Part shown: positions 1 to 8,813 of the stretch, piece by piece
Position numbering within the stretch: the stretch's first letter is position 1
Layout: every line of letters begins with the position of its first letter
NCBI GenBank assembly: GCA_029932605.1
Contig: JAOZPT010000001.1
Span: 5,837 to 69,836, forward strand
From: Candidatus Zixiibacteriota bacterium
Lineage (GTDB): Bacteria; Zixibacteria; MSB-5A5; UBA10806; 4484-95
DNA: 64,000 nt
Direction: 5' to 3'
Translations under genes and position numbers: made by a program
The notes under the pieces: model-generated
Seen by the model: the letters and a program-made list of their open reading frames with translations, nothing else
Databases searched by the model: none
Told to the model about the DNA's origin: nothing

Positions 1-840
1 GTTCTGGCAGGTCGTGTAAAAACCCGCTGTGCGACAGGTTACTGATTGGAAGAATGCATTTGCCAGAGCATGCGTAAAACGCATTTCTGAGAAAGATGAT
101 TTTTGTTCGGCTATAAAAAATGCGCCGGTGCCCAATACCAACAATACCACCGTAACTGAAACAGCTAACTTTGTATGAAGGGACAATCTGAATTTTTTAT
201 TCTTGATTCCATCACATAACTCTCGAATAACGACAAAGCCCAAACCTCCAGCGATTATCAGAAATGAAAAGATTGATATCATAGATAAATCATTGTTGAA
301 GTTTTCAAGGCTTGTCGAGAAAGTTGAAAAACCGGCGTTGCAGAAAGCTGAAACTGAATGAAATATGGCCACAAATAAGGCTTTCCCCGGGGTAAAATCA
401 TTTCTGAATTTAAAAAAAAGCAGGATAGTTCCAATTACTTCAATGATGAAGGTGATTAATATTATCGCCTTCAAAAGCGATCGGATATTAATCTGGATTC
501 CACCTCCAAGGCTCTGGTTAAATCCTAATCTTTCCCTGAATGATAACTGTGCGCCCAGAGACACGAATAGGGCTGTAGTAAATGTCATGATACCAAGACC
601 TCCAAGTTGAATAAGCACCAGTATTATCAATTGACCAAAAAGCGTAAAATCTTGGCCAGTGTCCATTACGGTTAAACCTGTCACGCAAACTGCTGATGTT
701 GCGGTGAATAGAGCATCTATAAGTTTAATAGAACGATTACTGGTACTGGCGGGTATAAGTAAAAGCATAGTGCCGATGATGATGGTGAAAGCAAAATATA
801 ATATTAACCTTCGTCCGGGATGCCTTCCAAACAATTGCAT
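1..840 (-). CDS. TrkH/KtrB-family cation (K+) transporter, N-terminal part; CDS runs off the window start
   Basis: Minus-strand ATG at 840..838. Translation begins MQLFGRHPGRRLILYFAFTIIIGTMLLLIPAST...SAVCVTGLTVMDTG...LIQLGGLGIMTF, matching TrkH-family repeat and selectivity-filter-like GLG motifs. The reading frame stays open to position 1. It is absent from the ORF track because it has no in-window stop. Confidence 0.75.
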   Translation of the reverse strand, partial: MQLFGRHPGRRLILYFAFTIIIGTMLLLIPASTSNRSIKLIDALFTATSAVCVTGLTVMDTGQDFTLFGQLIILVLIQLGGLGIMTFTTALFVSLGAQLSFRERLGFNQSLGGGIQINIRSLLKAIILITFIIEVIGTILLFFKFRNDFTPGKALFVAIFHSVSAFCNAGFSTFSTSLENFNNDLSMISIFSFLIIAGGLGFVVIRELCDGIKNKKFRLSLHTKLAVSVTVVLLVLGTGAFFIAEQKSSFSEMRFTHALANAFFQSVTCRTAGFYTTCQN

Positions 841-987
841 AATAAAATAATATCATTAAAATAATAAATAATCAATAATACAATTGACCCGTTTTCATGA
901 AAGAGATTTAACTTGTCATCAGTGAGTAATCTGAAAATTAACCATTACTACTTAACAATTGACATAAATTAAGAATTTTATCAGATA

Positions 988-1980
988 TTATAGTTGAAGA
1001 TAGGGCACTGCATTTAAGTCAAGTGCTGAGGTCTTGCCTTTTTCGAGGTGGTAGGCTCCAGCGGCGGCAATCATGGCGGCATTATCGGTGCAAAGATTCG
1101 GATCCGGGGAAAATACCTTTATACCGTTTGCCTTGCTTCTTATAATCTCTCGTAGGCGTTTGTTCACGGCTACTCCACCCGATATCGTAAGTTTATTGAT
1201 TTTTAGGACTTGGCAAGCAGTTAAGGCTTTTTGAGCCAAAACCTCACAAACAGCCTCCTGGAAAGAGGCACATATATCGGTCAAATGGCTTTTGATGAAA
1301 TCATCGCTTTTATCCCTTAGATAAACCGCTACCGCAGTTTTCAGACCCGAAAAGGAGAATTCATATGAATCTTTGCCCATGTAAGCTCGCGGGAACCTTA
1401 TAAATTTGGTATCGCCATCGCAGGCTGTTTTCTCAATCGCTGGACCACCAGGATAGGGAAGACCAAGGAGTTTGGCTACTTTATCGAATGCCTCACCCGG
1501 AGCGTCGTCACGGGTTTTGCCTAGAAGGTTATATTTTCCCCAATCAAGTACATTATATAAACTTGCATGTCCACCGGAAACGATCAATGCTATAAAAGGG
1601 GGTTGGCATTCTGGATACTGAATAAAATTTGAAAAAATATGCCCTTCAAGATGGTTTACTCCGATAAAAGGTTTACCGAGTGCCTGAGCCATGGATTTGA
1701 CAAAAGTTAACCCAACCAGAAGTGCCCCAACGAGTCCGGGACCATAGGTTACAGCAAAACCGTCTATATCAGCAAGAATGTGACCGCTCTGTGAGAGCGC
1801 TGTATCAACAATACCAATTAATCGTTTGATATGTTCTCGCGAGGCAAGTTCGGGGACAACACCGCCATATTTTTCGTGTATCAGTTGTGAATAAATAACA
1901 TTGGATAATAATTTTCGGGGCGATCTTAAGACTGAAGCGGCGGTCTCGTCGCATGATGTCTCAACGCCCAGTACAAGCAT
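988..1980 (-). CDS. tsaD: tRNA N6-adenosine threonylcarbamoyltransferase TsaD (Kae1/YgjD family)
   Basis: 330 aa. N-terminus LVLGVETSCDETAASVL plus HLEGHI, ALIVSGGHASLY and the C-terminal CTDNAAMIAAAG motif are typical of TsaD. Confidence 0.9.
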   Translation of the reverse strand: MLVLGVETSCDETAASVLRSPRKLLSNVIYSQLIHEKYGGVVPELASREHIKRLIGIVDTALSQSGHILADIDGFAVTYGPGLVGALLVGLTFVKSMAQALGKPFIGVNHLEGHIFSNFIQYPECQPPFIALIVSGGHASLYNVLDWGKYNLLGKTRDDAPGEAFDKVAKLLGLPYPGGPAIEKTACDGDTKFIRFPRAYMGKDSYEFSFSGLKTAVAVYLRDKSDDFIKSHLTDICASFQEAVCEVLAQKALTACQVLKINKLTISGGVAVNKRLREIIRSKANGIKVFSPDPNLCTDNAAMIAAAGAYHLEKGKTSALDLNAVPYLQL

Positions 1981-2376
1981 TTATGATTGACGTCTGATTA
2001 ATTCAAAATTACATTTTTTAAGACCGACAAAGCCAGTCTTGACACCGTCTGTTCCGGGGGGGATCGTTAGTTGGTCACATGATAGTTCCAACGAAAATTT
2101 ACCCGGCTCATCGTAATTAGAAAGGTCGATAACAACATTTATGCAGTCGAAATATAGAAGCTTAAAAAGCGTCTTACCTTTGGCAGTGATTTCAATTATG
2201 GTTGATTTCTGGCTATTGGGTGACAACATCAAACCCTCAGATATATTTATGTAATCAATATCAACCGTTATTTGCCTATTAAACTGCTGTTCGGTTGTCA
2301 GATGAAACCACAACGCCAAAGCCAGAAGTAATCCTCCAAATTTCCAGCCTAGGTTCTTGAATAATTTTCTTTTCAC
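1981..2376 (-). CDS. hypothetical protein with N-terminal signal/anchor helix
   Basis: 131-aa ORF whose stop abuts the tsaD start codon. Hydrophobic N-terminus (GGLLLALALWFHL). No family recognised. Confidence 0.4.
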   Translation of the reverse strand: MKRKLFKNLGWKFGGLLLALALWFHLTTEQQFNRQITVDIDYINISEGLMLSPNSQKSTIIEITAKGKTLFKLLYFDCINVVIDLSNYDEPGKFSLELSCDQLTIPPGTDGVKTGFVGLKKCNFELIRRQS

Positions 2377-2392
2377 AGTGATTTAATTTCGG

Positions 2393-2581
2393 TTACTTTT
2401 CGGTGAATTTTAAAATCCGGCCAAAGGAAACCTCTCCATTATCGATTCTTATCGAAAAACCACACTCAAAGTTGGTGCATACCCAGGCCTTATACCTGAT
2501 CTCAGACCCATCCCGACCATAATCGGACAACGGAACTAACACCCCTTTATTGCACTTCAGGCATTCCGGAAAATTATCCAA
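2393..2581 (-). CDS. small zinc-ribbon protein
   Basis: 62 aa with paired Cys motifs (CLKC ... CTNFEC), like YgiT/MqsA-type zinc ribbons. Sits directly downstream of the NYN gene on the same strand. Confidence 0.4.
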   Translation of the reverse strand: MDNFPECLKCNKGVLVPLSDYGRDGSEIRYKAWVCTNFECGFSIRIDNGEVSFGRILKFTEK

Positions 2582-2671
2582 CTTTGCCTCCAGTTAATAA
2601 GGTTAACGTTTGAATAAATACTATAGCATTTAAGCCATGTCAAGACTTTTTAAACCAGCTCGTAAGAGTTA

Positions 2672-3265
2672 TTAAACCTGTTGTATACCCTCAAGTAAAT
2701 CATGGTTAATCAGAATATACTTATCAGCAGCCTGCCTTAGCAAGAACGAACCTCCAAGGTTAGCAACCTCGACATGTTTTCCAAGCTCTTTGACCTTCTC
2801 TACTAATATAGTGAAATCCTCATCCCCGGAGACCAGTATAGCGGTATCATAGGTGTTCTTGTATGCGAAGGTCAACATATCGATGACGATGTGGGTATCC
2901 ACCCCTTTTTCAACATAGGTTGGTGCTGAAATAAATGTGCCATCGGGAAGCGTTTGCCGGACAATTCTTTTCTCGAGGCGACCAAATTTCTTTGTAAGAT
3001 ATGGCACCGAATCTAATGAATCAAAAAATGATTGTTGTTGGCGGTGCTTTTCTTCATCATCCTCTTTGTTGAGGGGGGCATTGTAATAATATGTTCGTAT
3101 AAGATGCCGACCATTAGCAAGTTTTCTGGAAAATTTCTCAAAATCAAGATTTGTGTTTCCGATAACATGTTTTAAACTATGGTATAAGTTGTTGCCATCA
3201 ATAAAAATCATTACTCTCTCATTCGAACCTGATTTTGATTGGTCATCAAACATATATTGGTTCAT
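2672..3265 (-). CDS. NYN-domain (LabA-like, PIN-related) putative ribonuclease
   Basis: 197 aa. VMIFIDGNNLYH ... GVDTHIVIDML ... AILVSGDEDF is the NYN/LabA acidic-residue pattern. Confidence 0.7.
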   Translation of the reverse strand: MNQYMFDDQSKSGSNERVMIFIDGNNLYHSLKHVIGNTNLDFEKFSRKLANGRHLIRTYYYNAPLNKEDDEEKHRQQQSFFDSLDSVPYLTKKFGRLEKRIVRQTLPDGTFISAPTYVEKGVDTHIVIDMLTFAYKNTYDTAILVSGDEDFTILVEKVKELGKHVEVANLGGSFLLRQAADKYILINHDLLEGIQQV

Positions 3266-3414
3266 TAAAAATGACTCCTTATAAAAAAGTTTACATATTT
3301 CTATAAAATCGCCACTTATTTAATTACATCAATTGCAATTTATTGTTGTATGATGGTTACTACTTTAACCGATATAGTTATAAGTTTTTTTCACCACCTC
3401 CTTTTTATCTATTA

Positions 3415-3516
3415 TTAAACCATATCCTGGACAGAAAGTTCTAAAAAACTTTCTATGATTTTTTTGTTCTCCGGATGTGAAAGATAGTTCAGGATTTTAA
3501 GATTGTTGTTAGCCAT
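3415..3516 (-). CDS. candidate small ORF (33 aa)
   Basis: MANNNLKILNYLSHPENKKIIESFLELSVQDMV. A GGAG sequence lies 6-7 nt upstream of the ATG on the minus strand. It sits in a ~950-bp AT-rich intergenic region. It is below the ORF-track length cutoff. Confidence 0.25.
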   Translation of the reverse strand: MANNNLKILNYLSHPENKKIIESFLELSVQDMV

Positions 3517-3992
3517 CAGATACTCCATTCAATCACCCTTTAACAATCCCTTATCCTGCACTTGATTATTAAAGCTAAAACCGGTCGTATTATTTATAAT
3601 ATATACTCCCACACGGTTAATCAAGAGAAAACGAAAATTGGAGTTTCCCTGAAAATTTTAAGGAGAAAACAGGTATCCTTAAAAAAAATAATTGGCAAGC
3701 CTTAAACAAACGACCTTATTAACACAACCCATCATAGCTTAAACTTGCAATGAGATGTTATTAGATTTTGTCTGTTTTATGTAAATAATTTCACACAAAC
3801 AAATTTGTTTTATGAAATGGCATGTTTTAATCTGCAACAAGTGGATTATTTTTCAAATACATAATTTGTCTCAGACAACATATTTTATTGATATTCAACG
3901 GATTGAACTTTTGCGCCACTTTGTTTCGCAAATTGGCGTTATTTTTGATTAAAAAGAATGTAAAAGAGAAAATTTGACAAGGGGAGGAAAGA

Positions 3993-4133
3993 ATGAGAAA
4001 TAGATTTATCGACCTTTTATTGGAAAAAAATCGCCAGGCCGAGAAAAAGGCCTTATCTGAATCGTTGGGATTATACGAGGAGGAAGATTATACAAAATAT
4101 GATCCCTGGCAGGATGACGATAAAGAAAAATAA
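3993..4133 (+). CDS. candidate small acidic protein (46 aa)
   Basis: MRNRFIDLLLEKNRQAEKKALSESLGLYEEEDYTKYDPWQDDDKEK. A strong RBS (GGGGAGG) lies 8 nt upstream. A rho-independent terminator follows immediately. Confidence 0.4.
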   Translation: MRNRFIDLLLEKNRQAEKKALSESLGLYEEEDYTKYDPWQDDDKEK

Positions 4134-4160
4134 TATTTCAATATACTATCAGTTTCTTCT

Positions 4161-4190
4161 CCCCGTCATCAGGCGGGGATTTTTTTATTT
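4161..4190 (+). terminator. rho-independent terminator after the 46-aa ORF
   Basis: CCCCG-TCATCAGG-CGGGG hairpin followed by ATTTTTTTATTT. Confidence 0.6.
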
Positions 4191-4222
4191 GAAAATAAAA
4201 TGCAATTTCATATTCTTGCATT

Positions 4223-4507
4223 ATGGTAAATAATAGCGATAACCAAGTCGAGTTTCCCATAGACGGCACGCTCGATCTGCATACATTCTCACCCAAAGAG
4301 GTAAAAGAGCTTGTGCCGGATTATATAGAGGCCTGTCTGGCAAAAGAGATTTATCAGCTCAGGATTATACATGGCAAAGGCACCGGCACACTCAGGCGGA
4401 TAGTCCACAGCATTCTCGAAAAACATCCGGCTGTGTTAAACTTTTGGCATGAAGAGGGAAGCGGTGGAGGCTGGGGAGCGACGGTGGTGAATTTGAGGAG
4501 GGTTTAA
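4223..4507 (+). CDS. Smr-domain protein (small MutS-related nuclease domain)
   Basis: 94 aa. [11 protein letters not shown] ... [20 protein letters not shown] matches the Smr-domain core. Confidence 0.7.
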   Translation: MVNNSDNQVEFPIDGTLDLHTFSPKEVKELVPDYIEACLAKEIYQLRIIHGKGTGTLRRIVHSILEKHPAVLNFWHEEGSGGGWGATVVNLRRV

Positions 4508-4637
4508 TCAACCTTCCACCGGTTTGAGGTATTTTCAAGTCTCCCTTTTTTGGTTTAAAAGTAGACTTAGAATTCTTTGATTAAATCATAATATCCCTTG
4601 CCCTGAAAACTAAATATATTATATTGATGATGTAAAA

Positions 4638-4722
4638 AGATAATGGGGTGGTTGCAGACCAGAGTCAGCGGCCTGAGATTACACCCTTTGAACCTGATCT
4701 GGGTAATGCCAGCGTAGGGAAT
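4638..4722 (+). promoter_or_regulatory. TPP (thiamine pyrophosphate) riboswitch aptamer, THI element
   Basis: GGGGUG ... CUGAGA ... ACCCUUUGAACCUGAUCUGGGUAAUGCCAGCGUAGGGAA matches the conserved THI-box (Rfam RF00059-like) core. It lies in the 5' leader of the TonB-dependent receptor gene. Confidence 0.8.
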
Positions 4723-4730
4723 AATTTTAC

Positions 4731-4762
4731 GCCTCCTTCACGCTGGGAGGCTTTTTTCGTTT
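4731..4762 (+). terminator. riboswitch expression-platform terminator
   Basis: GCCTCC-TTCACGCTG-GGAGGC hairpin followed by TTTTTTCG, about 35 nt upstream of the receptor start. Confidence 0.6.
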
Positions 4763-4795
4763 CCCCGCCGGCTCCAGAGAATGCCTTAAAAGGGC

Positions 4796-7318
4796 GTGAA
4801 AGGAGCTTTTATGCTAATCACAAAAACCAAGTTTGTATTGTTAGGGTTATTACTCTTAACAGTACCATCGTTTGGCGCATCCCTTACAGGTGTTGTCACC
4901 AACGCTGAAACGGGAACGCCTGTGGCCGGTGTGCTCATTAAAATAGCCGGCACAGACTTTACTAATGTCACCGATACCGATGGTAGGTTTTTCTTTTCGG
5001 GTTTGCCTGAGGGAAAAATAACCATTGTGGCAAGTGTGATAGGGTATGAAATCACTAAAAAAAGTCTTGATTTAAAGCAGACACAGAACATTGACATACC
5101 GCTCAAACCGAAGGTTCTGAAGGGCCAGGATATAATCGTTACTGCTACCAGGGCCGAGAAGGGGAAAACACCGGCCGCTTTTTCCAACATGGGAAACGAA
5201 GATATCAAACAGCTATACTGGGCTCAGGATACACCGGTTCTTTTATCGGTTCTACCAAGTGTTTTCGCCTACTCCGATGCCGGTAATGGTGTTGGTTATT
5301 CATACTTAAAGATTCGCGGTTTCGACCAGAAACGGATCTCGGTGATGTTAAACGGTATCCCTTTAAACGATGCTGAATCGCATGAGGTTTTCTGGATAGA
5401 CCTTCCCGATTTTGCTGCTAACGTTCAGGATATTCAGGTGCAAAGAGGAGTGGGGTCATCTCTTTATGGTGCTTCATCAATGGGTGGTTCGGTAAATCTC
5501 ATCACCAACGACTTTTCAGCCATCCCGCAGATAAAATTCCAGACAGGTTACGGCAGTTACGATACCAAGAAGCTGTCAATCTCTGGCAATTCAGGTTTGA
5601 TAAATGATTCATACGTCTTCTACGGTCGGTATTCGCGGATTGAAACCGATGGTTACCGTGACAACTCCTGGACGAAAATGTATTCTTATTTCATCGGGCT
5701 GGCTCGTTATGATGAGAACATGACCTTCAAATTCAACACCTATGGCGGGCCTGAAGAATCTCACCTTGCCTATAAGGGAATCCCTTTTGAAATGCTTGAT
5801 ACTCTCAGGAAATACAACGAACTGCAGTATGAGGACGAAATCGACCATTTCAACCAGCCCCATTATGAATTTATACATGATTGGGAAATCAATGATAATC
5901 TCGAGCTGGCTAATACGATTTACTATTTCCACGGTGAGGGTTATTATAACCAGAAAAGAAATAGAAAATATATTGAGGAGTATTTCCCGGAAATCCATTC
6001 GATTATGGTTTCTGACACAACACTTGCGCCACGAGATTATTATGACCTGGATGATTTGGGATATTTTGTAGTAGATACGTCAGGATTATATATCCTCGAG
6101 AAGGTCGATCTTGTGCGTCGACGCACTGTTAAAGAATACGATTGGGGTTGGATACCAAGATTGGCACTTAAGCACAACGATGGGATGTTCACTTTTGGCG
6201 GAGAGATGCGAATTCATTCAGGTCACCATTTTGGCGAGGTGAGATGGGCAAGCGTTTATCCAGCTGGATTAGAACCCAATTCCCGTTATTACGATTATCG
6301 TGGCCAAAGCAACACTTTTACCATCTTCGCTCACGAAACTTACAACTTGACCAGTAGGCTCATTATAATGGCTAATCTCCAGTATCAAAGGCATAACTAC
6401 AAGCTTGAGAATGACAAGCGGTTTAATGTGACATTTGATCGCGATTACGACTTTATCTCACCTCGTGGAGGCATTAATTATCAGGTCAATGAAAATGTCA
6501 ACGTTTTTGTCAATTTCTCAACGACCTCGCGTCAACCTGCTTTTAAGGATATTTACGACCCGACTGATTACTGGTCAAATCCGTATTACAAAACTAACAA
6601 TTTTAACGCATCAGGCGCTGACTGGGAATATGTTGGCATGGAGTTAAAACCGGAGAAACTTTTCGACTTGGAATTTGGTGCTGATTTTAGTAAAAGGACA
6701 GATAATTTGGTCTTTAAAGGTTCTCTCAACATTTATCGTATGCAGATTAACGATGAGTTGATACCGTATGCCGGTCAGATCGATGATAATGGTTATCCTA
6801 TTTCCGGTAATGCAGAAAAAACCATTCATCAGGGTCTAGAGTTATCTTTTGATGCACTTATGCATAGCGAGTTTTCATTAACAGGCAATCTGAGTGTTAA
6901 CGATGACCATTTTGAGTCCTACAAAGAATATGGATTTGATTGGGACATCTGGGAACCGATTGAATATGACCGATCGGATAAGCGAATAGGAGGATTCCCC
7001 AAGGCGATTGCGAATTATCGGCTGGGCTATATACTGAAGAATTTGGATTTTGGTTTAAGCGGAAGATATGTTGGGGAACAATATATCGATAACGGCGAGG
7101 AATACAAGGTCGATGCTTACCACGTTTTCAATGCGGACATTTCATATGATTTGGGAAGGCTAATCGGTTTTAATTCTATGAGAATCACTTTAAGGGCAAA
7201 TAACCTTGCCGATACGAAATACGAGCAAGCTGGTTACATTGAGGAGGATGATGGATTACCTCGTTACATGGTAGGTGCCGAACGCAACTTTTTTGTTTCG
7301 CTTAGCACCGAATTTTGA
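4796..7318 (+). CDS. TonB-dependent outer-membrane receptor with N-terminal carboxypeptidase-regulatory-like domain (probable thiamine or thiamine-precursor uptake)
   Basis: 840 aa. Has a signal peptide, a CarbopepD_reg-like segment (TGVVTNAETGTPVAGVLIKI ... DGRFFF), a plug region, a long beta-barrel, and the terminal aromatic residue (STEF). The start may be the internal M at MLITKTK. The upstream TPP riboswitch supports the substrate inference. Confidence 0.85.
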   Translation: MKGAFMLITKTKFVLLGLLLLTVPSFGASLTGVVTNAETGTPVAGVLIKIAGTDFTNVTDTDGRFFFSGLPEGKITIVASVIGYEITKKSLDLKQTQNIDIPLKPKVLKGQDIIVTATRAEKGKTPAAFSNMGNEDIKQLYWAQDTPVLLSVLPSVFAYSDAGNGVGYSYLKIRGFDQKRISVMLNGIPLNDAESHEVFWIDLPDFAANVQDIQVQRGVGSSLYGASSMGGSVNLITNDFSAIPQIKFQTGYGSYDTKKLSISGNSGLINDSYVFYGRYSRIETDGYRDNSWTKMYSYFIGLARYDENMTFKFNTYGGPEESHLAYKGIPFEMLDTLRKYNELQYEDEIDHFNQPHYEFIHDWEINDNLELANTIYYFHGEGYYNQKRNRKYIEEYFPEIHSIMVSDTTLAPRDYYDLDDLGYFVVDTSGLYILEKVDLVRRRTVKEYDWGWIPRLALKHNDGMFTFGGEMRIHSGHHFGEVRWASVYPAGLEPNSRYYDYRGQSNTFTIFAHETYNLTSRLIIMANLQYQRHNYKLENDKRFNVTFDRDYDFISPRGGINYQVNENVNVFVNFSTTSRQPAFKDIYDPTDYWSNPYYKTNNFNASGADWEYVGMELKPEKLFDLEFGADFSKRTDNLVFKGSLNIYRMQINDELIPYAGQIDDNGYPISGNAEKTIHQGLELSFDALMHSEFSLTGNLSVNDDHFESYKEYGFDWDIWEPIEYDRSDKRIGGFPKAIANYRLGYILKNLDFGLSGRYVGEQYIDNGEEYKVDAYHVFNADISYDLGRLIGFNSMRITLRANNLADTKYEQAGYIEEDDGLPRYMVGAERNFFVSLSTEF

Positions 7319-7334
7319 TTAAATAAGTTCCCGG

Positions 7335-8729
7335 ATGGGTCAGAAACATTATGGTATAGAGAGCGCAATCCTGCTGATAGCGTATCTGGTATTTCTGCTG
7401 ATAGTGGGATTGCGCCTTTTTAAACGAGGGAAATCTGATGCTGATGATTATCTGGTCATGGGGCGACGGCTATCGCTTCCAGCATTTATCGCCAGCATCG
7501 TTTCCACCTGGTATGGTGGTATCCTTGGTGTTGGCGAGTATTCATACAGGCATGGTCTGTCCAACTGGTTGGTTTTTGGTTTGCCTTATTATTTATCTGC
7601 ATTTCTGTTTGCTGTATTTTTGGCTAAAAAAGCTCGGCGAAGCTATCAGCATACAATCCCCGACCAGCTTGATAAAACCTATGGAAAGACTGTCTCTGTT
7701 ATCGGGGCGGTTTTTGTATTTGTAACGACTGTGCCGGCAGCCTATGTCCTACAACTGGGTGTGCTGGCAGAAACAGCCTTCAATATACCTTTAACAATTG
7801 GTGTTGTCGGTGGAACTCTTTTTTCGACCATTTATATCTTTAGCGGGGGATTGCGTGGTGATGTCTTTACCGACAAGGTTCAATTTGCACTCATGTTCAG
7901 TTGTTTTGCTGTTATGGTTGTTGTGCTTATTTCTCGGTTTGGTGGTCTTTCTTTCCTTGAAACCAACCTTCCCGAATCTCATCTTATCTGGAGAGGTTCC
8001 AAGCCGGCATCGTATATATTCGTCTGGTATTTCATTGCCCTGGCAACTCTGGTTGAACCATCTTTCTATCAGCGTTGTTTTGCAGCCAAAAGCGAGAGGG
8101 TTGCCAGAAACGGGATTTTTGTCGCCATCGCTTTCTGGGCAATATTTGATTTTATGACCACCGCTACTGGTATGTATGCCCGGGTTTTGCTACCTGATTT
8201 AGCCAACCCGATAGCGGCCTACCCGGCTTTGGCGGTTCGTATACTACCGCGTGCTCTCCAGGCGGTGTTTTTGCTCGGTTTATTTGCTACTGTGATGTCC
8301 ACCGTTGATTCATACACATTCATTGCCGGTGCAACCGTAGGCAAAGATATCATCTGGCGACTTAAAGGAGGAGACATCACAAAAAACAGCCGATGGGGAT
8401 TGGTGGTTTCAGGAATACTGGCAGTAGTTATAGCTTTGTTTTTCCGCTCGGTTATCGATATCTGGTATTTATTTGGCACACTGGGCACCTGTGCCCTTTT
8501 GATCCCACTTGCCTCGTCGTTTTCGGAAAAATGGCGTATGACCCCAAAAATGGCGGCTATGTCCATGATATTTTCACCTCTGGTAGCCCTTATATGGATT
8601 GTACCAAATCTATTTCTCGGTATAAAATATTTCTGGGGCATCGACCCCATATATCCGGGACTTTTGACGTCAGTTATAATATACATTTTCAGTTGCAATA
8701 TAAAGAATCATTTCCACAAGCCCTTTTAG
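7335..8729 (+). CDS. sodium:solute symporter family (SSF) transporter, ThiV/PanF-like
   Basis: 464 aa, polytopic. Has the N-terminal SSF signature DDYLVMGRRLSLPAFIASIVSTWYGG. It lies 16 nt downstream of the receptor, so is probably co-transcribed under the riboswitch. Confidence 0.75.
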   Translation: MGQKHYGIESAILLIAYLVFLLIVGLRLFKRGKSDADDYLVMGRRLSLPAFIASIVSTWYGGILGVGEYSYRHGLSNWLVFGLPYYLSAFLFAVFLAKKARRSYQHTIPDQLDKTYGKTVSVIGAVFVFVTTVPAAYVLQLGVLAETAFNIPLTIGVVGGTLFSTIYIFSGGLRGDVFTDKVQFALMFSCFAVMVVVLISRFGGLSFLETNLPESHLIWRGSKPASYIFVWYFIALATLVEPSFYQRCFAAKSERVARNGIFVAIAFWAIFDFMTTATGMYARVLLPDLANPIAAYPALAVRILPRALQAVFLLGLFATVMSTVDSYTFIAGATVGKDIIWRLKGGDITKNSRWGLVVSGILAVVIALFFRSVIDIWYLFGTLGTCALLIPLASSFSEKWRMTPKMAAMSMIFSPLVALIWIVPNLFLGIKYFWGIDPIYPGLLTSVIIYIFSCNIKNHFHKPF

Positions 8730-8813
8730 ACCAGAAGATATTAACGGCAGACCAATAAGGCACACCATAAATAAAGCTTGTAAACTTAAAAGACATCCTT
8801 TAATTTTTATTCC

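Noticed and set aside
365-850. ORFs 365..610 and 659..850 on the plus strand
   Set aside because: Antisense to the TrkH-family transporter CDS that runs off the window start.
4648-4908. 86-aa plus-strand ORF upstream of and overlapping the TonB receptor start
   Set aside because: It lies entirely over the TPP riboswitch aptamer and its terminator. The sequence is explained by RNA structure rather than coding.
4786-5208. 140-aa minus-strand ORF
   Set aside because: Antisense to the well-supported TonB-dependent receptor N-terminus. No independent support.
5609-6829. Several 60-130-aa ORFs on both strands (5609..5998, 5742..6071, 6435..6647, 6644..6829)
   Set aside because: All are embedded in, or antisense to, the 840-aa TonB-dependent receptor CDS, whose conservation is clear.
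7438-8758. ORFs 7438..7725, 7791..7982, 7798..8157, 8219..8698, 8393..8758
   Set aside because: Alternative-frame or antisense ORFs inside the SSF transporter gene. The transporter frame has a coherent polytopic profile and family motifs.
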